A DNA stretch of 64,000 nt from Anaeramoeba ignava BMAN (Eukaryota > Protista > Anaeramoebae). Positions 39,315 through 49,430 of the stretch are shown piece after piece (the stretch's first letter is position 1; each line of letters starts with the position of its first letter). The notes below the pieces were generated by a model that did not search any database, was not told where the DNA came from, and saw only the letters and a program-made list of their open reading frames with translations. The DNA is taken from the NCBI GenBank assembly GCA_028826165.1, contig JAPDFW010000059.1, positions 1,116,001-1,180,000 on the forward strand, read 5' to 3'. Position numbers and translations under genes: made by a program.

Positions 39315-41134
39315 ATGACAACATTTTCTGAAACTTTATTAGCACAAAAATTAGATAATCTTTCAAACACACAATATTCAATTGAAAGTAAATAAGAAAT
39401 AAAATTAAAATTTTTTTAATGAAATTAAAATTTTTTTTAATGAAATCAATTTTTTTAATAGCAATTTCTCGATGGATTATTTTCTATCGTGAACATTCAA
39501 ATAGAATAATTGAAGTTATGCTTGAAAAACTAAAGAACTCAAACACAGAACGAAAAATCATCTATGTTTATTTAATCAATGATATATTACAAAATAGTAG
39601 AAGAAAATGCGACAATTTTCTTCAAGGATTTGAAGATAAAATTTCAGACGTTTTTGTTGATATTTATTCAAATTCAGAAGAAAAAACAAGAAACGAACTT
39701 TTTAGAGTTTTGACAATTTGGAGTGATAGACATATTTATCCACTTGATTTCCTGCAAAATATTAAAACAAGACTTTTGTCTTTAGTTGTCAAAAATAAAA
39801 AATTTCCAAAAAATCAAGTTCGAAAAAGAACACTTGATAAAATGGGGAAAAAAAATCCATCACCAATTGCTCCAATAAAAAAAGAAGAGCCGAATCAAGG
39901 CAAAAATTCAGCGCATAAATTTTCAAATATAAAAGAATTTACGGAGCATTTGGAATCTTTAGATCTTCTATTCGAACCCTTGGTTAGCAGCAACTCTCTC
40001 GAACTATCGCGCAAAGTTTCCCAAGATTTCCCAAGAGAAGAGCATACGGGAATTAAATATATCGAGGCTTTGAATCAATACAAAAACGAAATAAGTCTTG
40101 AAATCCGCAATCGAGAAAATTTCGTTTCAATTTTAACCAAATTAATCACAAAACAAAATAAAAGAATAAAAATATCGGCGTATCAAATGAATGAATGTTC
40201 CAATAAAATCAAGACAGCAAATGACACTCTCATAAATCAAAACGACGATATGGATATGTTTATTGTTCCGCGCGCCAATTCGGAGCCGATCAAAGTGATT
40301 AAGGAAGACCCAATTAAACCAATCGCAATGAATCCAGTTCATCAAGAAAAACCAGCAATCAATTTGTCGGATAATTTTTCTCGCGGTCCAAATGCAAATC
40401 AACATATCCCAAAAATAGAACCTTCGAGGGAAAACCCTTATTTAAAAAAAAATATTGATCAACCTCCAATTAAGGATATTGAGAAAATGAAAAATTCAAT
40501 AAAATTGTTTTTAGACGAACAAAAATTAAATTTACAAAATATTTCAAACAATATAAAACCCCCAAACCAAGAAAACAAAGCCATTCCAATCAATGCAAAT
40601 CTCAATCCAAATAATAACCCTGTCAATATTAATGCCCATATGAGCGATAATATTAACCCCAATGATAAAAACTATCTCCAAAATTTTCCCAATATTAATA
40701 ATAATATTAATAATAATATTAATAATAATATTAATAATAATATATTGCCTTCCCAAAATACCTTCCCAAATAATTTGGATAACTCAAAAAATTTTGAAGT
40801 TCCTAATTCTTTACCAAATTATTTGCCAGTTCAAAATAATTCTTCTTTTTTTATTCAAAATCAGGACCCAAATATTCAAACAAATCCCGAATCACAGAAT
40901 TTTTATGTAATGAATGGAATGCAACCTCCTCAAGTGAACCAGCAACCCCCAAATTCACCAACTCATTTTATATGGGACTCATCACCTCCTCCTCCAATAC
41001 AGACACCAATACACTATAATCAATTTCCTCAATCACAACAATGGAATTTAAATGGTTTTCCTTCTCAATTAAATCAAAATTTACAAACTAATTCTTTTGC
41101 TGGAATTTCTGATTCAAAACGAATCAGGAAATGA
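39315..41134 (+). CDS. RNA polymerase II CTD-interacting domain protein (RPRD1/Rtt103-like), two exons
   Basis: Exon 39315-39387 (MTTFSETLLAQKLDNLSNTQYSIE), intron 39388-39461, then TISRWIIFYREH...YVYLINDILQNSRRK...RVLTIWSDRHIY, which is a CID signature. Confidence 0.85.
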
Positions 41135-41494
41135 TCTTATTTTTTTTTTAATTTCAAAAAGAACAAGCAAAAAAAAAAACGAACAAAAGAACGAACGAAG
41201 AAAAAACAAATTTTTTTTTTCCAACGTTCCACTTTTTTTTTTATTTTATTATTTTTTTTTTTTTGCAATTAAAAGTTGTGAACCAAATTAAAAAAAAAAA
41301 GAAAAAAAGAAAAATAAGAAAAAGAAAAATCAGTGGAACATTAATTTGATCTTTTTTTTCAATCAAAAATACATTTCAAACAAAAACAAAAACAAAAATA
41401 AAAATAAAAATAAAAAAAAAAAAAATAATAAAAAGTGGAACAAAAATATTTTTCCATTTTTTTCATTTTTTTCATTTTTTTCATTTCAAAATCA

Positions 41495-42865
41495 ATGAAA
41501 CCAATTAAAAAAACAAAAACTGTAAGAATAATATATTTTGTACCAAAGGATAAAAAACCAGAAAAAAAATACAAAAAAGCGATAAAATTTGGGATAAAAG
41601 ATTTACAAAAATGGTACAACTATCATACATATGGGTACACATTTCGGTTAAACGAACCAATAGTAGAAATTATTAAAGGGGATCATGAAAGTAAATGGTA
41701 CAACGAAACAGGAAATAAAGAGAACAAGACGTTAAACACATGGAACAATGCGGTTAGCGAAACAAGTCGAAAATTTGGATCAAAACATTATGATGATAAC
41801 TACGCATGGGTTATCTACATTGATGCAGAAGGCGGTACAGGAGCCGGAACTGCATCTATTGCTTGTTTGCCTGAGCATGATCTTCTCGGAATTTCGGGTC
41901 TCCATCCAAAAGAGACAAGCATTTGGCGCTGGATTGGAGGGCTTGGTCATGAATTGGGACATGCGTTTTTTCTTCCACATTCCGGCGAAAAAGATCCTGA
42001 GTCTATCATGATGTATGGATACGCTAAATATCCTAATTGCCACTTGACGTTTTCGGATATTGAAAGATTGAGAAATAGCGAATTTTTTTTTCAAACGGAA
42101 AATCAAAATGATTTTATTTATCCTTCTTATTTGTTTGACAGCTATGTTTATTCTGATGGTTTTTTTGTTCTTTTGGATGACAAGTTGAATTGGGAAGAAA
42201 GAAAATACACTTCAAACGTTGTTTTTAAATTTGAGGAAGTTTCGCGCAATGAAAACTATATAATTATTAAGGATCCTTCAAGAAATTTAATGATCCAAAT
42301 CCCAAAAAAAAACGGTGTCAGTTTGATTGGTTCAAATAATAACTGGCAAAATTGGGTTTCTTTAAAAGAAGGTTTTTCTTATAAAAATTGGGAAGATCAA
42401 AAGAAATTAATTGATCAAAAAATTCCTCATGATTCTTTGATTTGGAAATCTGTTTTGGATTCAAACCAACAAAATGTTCTTAATTTATTTGAATCTTTTC
42501 TTTATCAAAACGGTTATTTTATTCATCTTAATTCTTCTTTTTGGCAAGAAAGAAATTTCGAAATTAATCCAACTGTTTTCCGTTTTCAAGAAATTCTTCG
42601 TGATCAAAAATATATTTTATTATTTGATCATACAAGGAATTTCTCTATTAGAATGCCTATTTCTGGAGGTGATTCTTTTATTTCTACTGATGGTTCTAAT
42701 TGGAGTTTTTTATATCATGTTGAAAAAATTGGAAAAATCAATGAAAATGAAAATTTAAACCAAAATCAAAATCAAAATGAAAATGAAAATCAAAATCAAA
42801 ATCAAAATCAAAATCAAAATCAAAATCAAAATCAAAATCAAAATGAAATTTGTCGAATTTTTTAA
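41495..42865 (+). CDS. Metzincin-type zinc metalloprotease with a duplicated C-terminal beta-rich domain
   Basis: HELGHAFFLPH (HExxHxxxxxH) followed by a Met-turn-like ESIMMYG. Two copies of Y..GFF...WxER...FxFxE..RxxxYIxxxDxxRNxxIxxP. First ATG is at 41495; the upstream GTG start runs through the TCATTTT tract. Confidence 0.8.
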   Translation: MKPIKKTKTVRIIYFVPKDKKPEKKYKKAIKFGIKDLQKWYNYHTYGYTFRLNEPIVEIIKGDHESKWYNETGNKENKTLNTWNNAVSETSRKFGSKHYDDNYAWVIYIDAEGGTGAGTASIACLPEHDLLGISGLHPKETSIWRWIGGLGHELGHAFFLPHSGEKDPESIMMYGYAKYPNCHLTFSDIERLRNSEFFFQTENQNDFIYPSYLFDSYVYSDGFFVLLDDKLNWEERKYTSNVVFKFEEVSRNENYIIIKDPSRNLMIQIPKKNGVSLIGSNNNWQNWVSLKEGFSYKNWEDQKKLIDQKIPHDSLIWKSVLDSNQQNVLNLFESFLYQNGYFIHLNSSFWQERNFEINPTVFRFQEILRDQKYILLFDHTRNFSIRMPISGGDSFISTDGSNWSFLYHVEKIGKINENENLNQNQNQNENENQNQNQNQNQNQNQNQNQNEICRIF

Positions 42866-42894
42866 AAAAAAACTTTAATCTATTTTAAAAACAA

Positions 42895-43300
42895 AAATTT
42901 AAAATTGAAATTAAAATTAAAATTAAAATTTGAAATTAAAATTTGAAATTAAAATTAATATTGAAATTAAAATTGAAATTAAAATTAAATTTAAAATTGA
43001 AATTAAAATTAAAATTGAAATTAAAATTGAATTAAAATTGAAATTAAAATTAATATTAAAATTGAAATTAAAATTAAAATTAAAATTAAAATTAAAATTA
43101 AAATTAAAATTAAAATTAAAATTGAAATTAAAATTAAAATTGAAATTAAAATTGAAATTAAAATTAAAATTATAATTAATATTAAAATTGAATTTAAAAT
43201 TAAATTTAAAATTAAAATTAAAATCAAAATTAAAATTAAAATTAAAATTGAAATTAAAATTAAAATTGAAATTAAAATTAAAATTAAAATTAAAATTGAA
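42895..43300. repeat. (AAAATT/GAAATT)n microsatellite between convergent genes
   Basis: Hexamer array. Confidence 0.85.
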
Positions 43301-43301
43301 A

Positions 43302-43868
43302 TTAATTTTGTGATAAATATCCAGTTTCCTTTAAAAGAAGTTCAATAAACTCTTCAAAATCTTCATTTATTTTTGTTGTTTTATTTAGTGCTTTAATACA
43401 TTCTTCTTCTTTTCCTTTATGTAAAATGAATAATATTAAATCTTGTAGATTTTTATTTTCTAATAATAATTTTATATTTTCAGAATTTTTTATTTTTTCA
43501 AAAGGATTTTCATTTTGAATTTGAATCTTTTCAATTTTTTCTTTTGGAATATCATCTTCAATAATTTCTAATTCATCATCTAAATCATCATAATCAATAT
43601 TAATATTATTTGAATTTGAATTTGAATTTGAATTTGAATTTGAATTTGAATTAAAATTAAATGATTTTTTTGAACAAATTGATTTTTCTTTATGTTCTTT
43701 AAAACAATTAATTGAACAACTAAATAAAAAAGAATTTTAATTTGAATTTAATTTTGAATTTAAAATTGGATTTAAATTTTATATTTAATTGTACTATAAA
43801 ATTCCACATTTAGGACATTTATATTTATAAAAATTTTTCAAACAAATTTCGCATTTTTTTTCATTCAT
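43302..43868 (-). CDS. ZNHIT3: Zinc finger HIT-type protein 3 (Hit1/TRIP3, box C/D snoRNP assembly), two exons; absent from the ORF track
   Basis: MNEKKCEICLKNFYKYKCPKCGILY, intron 43720-43794 (GT-AG), then CSINCFKEHK...FEKIKNSENIKLLLENKNLQDLI...FEEFIELLL*. This gives a zf-HIT motif plus a Hit1-like C-terminus. Confidence 0.82.
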
Positions 43869-44004
43869 TTTCTTTTTATTTTTTGAAAAGAAAAAAATGA
43901 AAAAAAAATTTTGATTAAAAAAAAATCAAAATCAAAATCAAAATCAAAATCAAAATCAAGATCAGAAAGAAGAAAGAAGAAAGAAGAAAGAAGAAAGAAC
44001 CAAA

Positions 44005-46035
44005 TTAGGGACAACCTTTAACGGATTGAGAAGAAGAAAAATTATTGATTGAATAATAAGCATCACAAATGGCTTGTTTAAAATCATCTGGAGAAGAAGC
44101 TTTGCAAGGTGCGCTATGCCACAAGCAGTAGAACTGGTCATTGATAAAGATTGTTGGACTCCAAACAACAGAAAAAGCGATTGAATCAGAAATAGATTGA
44201 GCAACAAGTTGCTTGCCTTGACCTTCAAAAACGCAATTAAATAAGACAGAGGGATTCAGTCCAGTCTCACTGGCGCATTGAAGTGCATTTGTGGGAACAA
44301 GAGACTGATCTTTATTCATGCAGTCCGCAAATTGGAGCCCTTGTAGTGCGGTATAATAGAGGAATGCGCACGCCTGATATTCGTCCCCAATAAGTTCTGA
44401 TTGACCATGAAGACTCCAAAACCCAGTCGGATAATTCGGGCTATCGAGACCAATGAATCCGATTTGTAAGTTGAATATGTCTCCAATGTCTTCTTGAATC
44501 GGGAGAAAAATTTCCTCGATACTTTTGAAATCGGGACACAAAGCTTCCCCAAAAATGTTCACAATAACCTTTGTATTTCCAAGTGAATCGAGAGTCTCGC
44601 GGCGAGGAGATTTCAGAGTGTGATCTTCAGGAAGACTATCTGCAACAGTAGCAGAAGATGTGTCTTCGTTATGAATATGTGGCGAAAAAAAAGTTGTTCC
44701 ACATTTTGGGGAATTGGATTGTTTTTTTTGAGAAAAGGAATTTGGATCAACGAATGTAAAGTCGAAGAAGTTGTCTGTAACAGGAACACCCTCTGCATCT
44801 GAAAGTGTGAGTTTGACTGTTCCTGCGGCATGGGCGGGAGTAATGCAGGCAACCTTGTGTGTTGTGATGAAAGCGGCAGGAACGGTTACATTAAGATCTC
44901 CAACAAACAAGCAGTGCAAACAAGAGGTATTTGGTATTCCTTCGCCATATAAAGTGATTGTGGTTCCGCCTGCGACGGTTCCTTGTTTGAGAACTATTGA
45001 TAGTAAATCAATGTTTTGGCAAGTGATCTTTATTTTAAGATCATTAGTCCACTCTGGAAGCGGACAGAAAAAGATATTATTTGATAGGTCAATTATGGGC
45101 GTGTTTGAACCTGTGTCTGGAAGATGTCCGCTGAAATGATTGTTTTGCAAACATAGATAGTCGAGGTTTTTCATAAGAAACAACTCTGATGGTATCTCGT
45201 TCCCCATGTTATTCGAATGGACATCAAGGATCACAAGACTCGAAAGTGTCGACAAAGTGGATGGGATTTCTCCCTCAAGCGCAGAATTGCCAAAGAGGTT
45301 GAGCTCATGAAGATTTGGAAAAAGTGAGTTAAAATTATCGGGAATTTTTCCGCTCAATTGATTTCCTGAAAGATCCAGGACATGAAGCGATAAAAGAGGC
45401 TCAGAAAGTTCATCGGGTAAACTTCCTGTTAGAGAATTCCCGCCAAACATCAGGGTTGACAGTTGCTTATTGTTCTCAAAAAGCCAAACAGGAAGATTTC
45501 CAGTTAGTGAATTGTTTGTTAAAGAAAAAACAATTATATTTGAACATTTTGAAAAAGTTTCGGGAATTTCGCTGTCAAAAGAATTGAAGTCAAGATGAAT
45601 AAAAGAAATGTTCTCACAAAGTCCTAAAGAATCAGGCAAAGCGCCTGAAAGTTTGTTCTCTCTCAGGGAAATGGCTATAAGAGTATTTGGGACTTCTGGG
45701 AATTTTCCGTTTAAATTATTATGTCCAAAATCAAACTCAGTTAAGAACGAAAAATCCGAAAAGGATTCAGGAAGTTGTCCAGTAAGATTATTATTCGACA
45801 AGAAAAGACCAGAAACGTGTGTGTTTTCTGAGTCGCATTCAACACCAAACCAGTTACCGCATGGATTTAACTCTAAATTCATCCAATTTGTTGAATTTTT
45901 CCAATTTAATCCATTTGTTGAATTATAAAGATCTTCTAATGCTTTTAATTCTTGTACTGGAATATATCCTAAGCTTATATTTGCTATTAAAAGAATGATT
46001 GTGATATATTTGATGATATTTTTTTGTTCTTTCAT
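44005..46035 (-). CDS. Secreted protein: plant-type LRR + IPT/TIG + GILT/thioredoxin-fold domain
   Basis: Signal peptide, LRR N-cap (ALEDLYNSTNG.NW...NW...PC.NWFGVEC), plant-specific LRRs (LDLSGNQLSGKIP), TIG (GTVAGGTTITLYG...CITPAHAAGTV) and GILT-like EALCPDF...HGQSE...VWSPTIFIN...AICDAY. Confidence 0.8.
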   Translation of the reverse strand: MKEQKNIIKYITIILLIANISLGYIPVQELKALEDLYNSTNGLNWKNSTNWMNLELNPCGNWFGVECDSENTHVSGLFLSNNNLTGQLPESFSDFSFLTEFDFGHNNLNGKFPEVPNTLIAISLRENKLSGALPDSLGLCENISFIHLDFNSFDSEIPETFSKCSNIIVFSLTNNSLTGNLPVWLFENNKQLSTLMFGGNSLTGSLPDELSEPLLSLHVLDLSGNQLSGKIPDNFNSLFPNLHELNLFGNSALEGEIPSTLSTLSSLVILDVHSNNMGNEIPSELFLMKNLDYLCLQNNHFSGHLPDTGSNTPIIDLSNNIFFCPLPEWTNDLKIKITCQNIDLLSIVLKQGTVAGGTTITLYGEGIPNTSCLHCLFVGDLNVTVPAAFITTHKVACITPAHAAGTVKLTLSDAEGVPVTDNFFDFTFVDPNSFSQKKQSNSPKCGTTFFSPHIHNEDTSSATVADSLPEDHTLKSPRRETLDSLGNTKVIVNIFGEALCPDFKSIEEIFLPIQEDIGDIFNLQIGFIGLDSPNYPTGFWSLHGQSELIGDEYQACAFLYYTALQGLQFADCMNKDQSLVPTNALQCASETGLNPSVLFNCVFEGQGKQLVAQSISDSIAFSVVWSPTIFINDQFYCLWHSAPCKASSPDDFKQAICDAYYSINNFSSSQSVKGCP

Positions 46036-46238
46036 GTGAATTTTGCTTATGAAAAAAAATGAAAAAAAATGAATTAAAAAAAAATAAAATAAAAATCAAA
46101 AATATCCCCCTTTTTTATTTTTTTTTCTCCTTTTAAATTTTTTCTCCTTTTAAATTTTTCATTTTTCATTTTTCCTTTTAAAAAATATTATTTTTCATTT
46201 TTTCATTTTTCATTTTTTCATTTTTCTCTTCTTTTAGA

Positions 46239-47835
46239 ATGTTAAATTTAAAGTCAAATGTTGCTTTTTTATTTCCTCAAAATTTACAATCAAAAATGAA
46301 TTGGTCTTTTTATGTTAAAAAAGCTAAAAATTCTCATAATATTAATTTTATTCCATTTTCTTTTCAAAATGATGAAAAATTATTAGCTGTTTTACATAAA
46401 TTAACTTATGAAATTGCAGAATCAAATTTTGGAAATAAAATATCAAAAGAATTTATTGAAAAATTTCAAGTAATTTTATAAATGAATATTATAAATGAAT
46501 TTTAATATTAAATTTAATTTTAATTTTAATATTAATTTTAATTTTAATTTTAATTTTAATTTTAATTTTAATTTTAATTTTAATTTTAATTTTAATTTTA
46601 ATTTTAATTTTAATTTTAATTTTAATTTTAATTTTAATTTTAATTTTAATTTTAATTTTAATTTTAATTTTAATTTTAATTTTAATTTTAATTTTAATTT
46701 TAATTTTAATTTTGATTTTAATTTTAATTTTAATTTTAATTTTAATTTTAATTTTAATTTTAATTTTAATTTTAAATTTAATTTTAATTTTAATTTTAAT
46801 TTTAATTTTAATTTCTAAATTTAATATTAATTTTAATTTTAATAATTTTAATTTTAGAAATACACTTTAGAAACAAATATTAAAGTTATAGAACCAATTG
46901 AATTAATAGAAATATTTACAGATCGAGAAAAAACAATGAAAAAATTTAGTGAATATTTAAAAAATAAGAAAATTGAAAATTTCAAATGTTCACCTCACAT
47001 AATTTTAAACAATAAAGAAGATGCAGAAAAAGCAATTAATGAAAAAACACACTTACAATTTCCAGTTATATGCAAACCAATAAATGCATGTGGAACTCAA
47101 TCTTCACATAATCTAACAATCATTGCAAATGAAAATGGTCTTAAAAAATATTCAAATTTTCCTTCATTAATTGAACGATTTTTTAATCATAATGCTATTG
47201 TTTATAAACTTTATATCATTGGGAATTTTTCTCATTGGATTATGAAAAATTCTCTTCCTGATATTCCTTTTGAAAATCTTAATCTTTTTGAAAATTTTTC
47301 TTTTGATTCTCAAAAACCTCTTCCTCAAAATTATAATCAAGAAAAAATTAATCAAAATTTAAATCAAGAAAAAATTAATCAAAATTTAAATCAAGAAAAA
47401 ATTAATCAAAATTTAAATCAAGAAAAAATTAATCAAAATTTAAATCAAGAAAAAATTAATCAAAATTTAAATCAAGAAAAAATTATTGAAAATTTAAATC
47501 AAGAAAAAATTAATCAAAATTCAAATCAAGAAAAAATTATTGAAAATTTAAATCAAGAAAAAATTATTGAAAATTTAAATCAAGAAAAAATTAATCAAAA
47601 TTCAAATCAAGAAAAAATTATTTCATCTCCTTCAAATGAATTAATTCAATCTGTTGTTTCAAGTGTTTCTTCTGCTCTTTTTGATTGTTTTGGTGTTGGT
47701 TTATTAGGTGCTGATTTGGTTTTTGATTATGTTTCTTCTTGTTTTTATGTAATAGATATTAATTATTTTCCAAGAACTTTACTTAATGAAGAATTTCAAG
47801 ATAAATTTTCTGATTTTATTAAATCAAAAATTTAA
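46239..47835 (+). CDS. ITPK1: Inositol-tetrakisphosphate 1-kinase (ATP-grasp), two exons
   Basis: VLHKLT, FPVICKPINACGTQSSHNL, FFNHNAIVYKLYIIG, GLLGADL...YVIDINYFP. Intron 46470-46857 is filled with (TTTAAT)n. Confidence 0.85.
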
Positions 47836-47920
47836 TAAATAAAAATAAAAATCATAAAGAATTCAAAATATAAAAAAATTTGTATATTTTTATCATTTTT
47901 ATTCACATAAATTTTTTTAT

Positions 47921-49221
47921 TTATTTTTTATTATTTTGATGCAAAAGTTCATCAATAATTTCACTGTTTTCTTCAGTTGTTCTGTTTAAAATTAATAAAT
48001 CAATTGTTCTGTTATTTCCTTCTTGAATTTGGTTGAAAATTTCATTATGTTTATCAATAGGTAAGTTTTTTCTTCCAAGTGATTGAGATGCTTGAAATTT
48101 TCTTATTGTTGTTTGATTAATATCCCCAATTTGAAGGAAATATTTCTTTCTCTTATTTTCTTTTTCTTTTTCTTTTTCTTTTTCTTTATTTGTTTTATTT
48201 GTTTTATTTTGTCGAATGTTTTTTCTTTGATAATTTTCTTTTTTTGGTTGATTTTGATTTTGATTTTGATTTTGATTTTGATTTTGATTTTGATTTTGAT
48301 TTTGATTTTGATGTTGATTTTGATTTTGATTTTGATTTAATTGATTTTGATGATTTTGATTTTGATGTTGATTTTGATTTAATTGATGTTGATTTAATTG
48401 ATGTTGATTTTGATTTTGATTTTGATTTTGATTTTGATTTTGATTTTGATTTTGATTTTGATTTGATTTTTTTGATTTTGATGTTGATTTTGATGATGAT
48501 TTTGATTTAATTGATGTTGATTTAATTGGTTTTGATTTTGATGTTTATTTAATTGATGTTTATTTAATTGATTTTGATTTTGATTTTGATTTTGATTTTG
48601 ATTTTGATTTAATTGATTTTGATGATTTTGATGATTTTGATTTAATTGATTTTGATTTAATTGATTTTGATTATTTTGATTTTGATTTAATTGATTTTGA
48701 TTTAATTGATGTTGATTTTGATGTTATTTTTGATTTTGATTATTTTGATTTTGATGATTTTGATTTAATTGATTTTGATTTAATTGATGTTGATGTTGAT
48801 TTAATTGATTTAATTGATGTTGATGAGGTTTTTCTTTATTAATTGAAACTCTTGATTTCTTAATATCATCCTTTAATAAATGAGTATTTTTATTCTGAAT
48901 TTCAATTGATTGGTTCATTTCATTTCTTTTTTTATTCTTCAAACGATGTTCTCTTATTTGTGAACCAATTTTAATAAGCTTTTTTTTAGTTGCTTCTTCA
49001 GTTCCCAAATTTTTAATTAAACAATTCCAAATTTGAGGAGAAGTTTCTTGAAATTTGGAAATTAAACTTTCTTCATTTGTTTCATTTCTAAATAAATGTA
49101 AAATAATTTTTAAAATTTTTCGGTTGAAAACTTGATTTTTATCACATAATATTTCTTCAATTTGTTGAGAAATTTTTAAACCAAAAAGAATTTGAAATGG
49201 TTTCCAAATATTTTTTTCCAT
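47921..49221 (-). CDS. Hypothetical protein with a central Q/N/H low-complexity tract (frameshifted or spliced)
   Basis: The N-terminal ORF 48724-49221 and a C-terminal open segment (ENKRKKYFLQIGDINQTT...IIDELLHQNNKK*, stop at 47921) flank a repeat tract. Confidence 0.5.
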
Positions 49222-49430
49222 TTATTTATTTATTTATTTATTTTTGAATAATCTAATTTAAATTTAATTTAATTTTAATAAACAAAAAAAAAAAAAAAAA
49301 AAAGGAGAAAAATGAAAAAAAATTTTTTATTTTGTTTAAAAAGAAGAAATAAAAAGGAGAAAAAATCAAAAAATAATTTTTCTTCTTTTTTATTTTTTCA
49401 TTTTTTCATTTTTTTATTTTTATTACAGAA

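Noticed and set aside
41435-41494. Apparent signal peptide on the metalloprotease, and the N-terminal extension of the ORF starting at 33710
   Set aside because: Non-ATG starts translating the upstream TCATTTT/poly-T tract.
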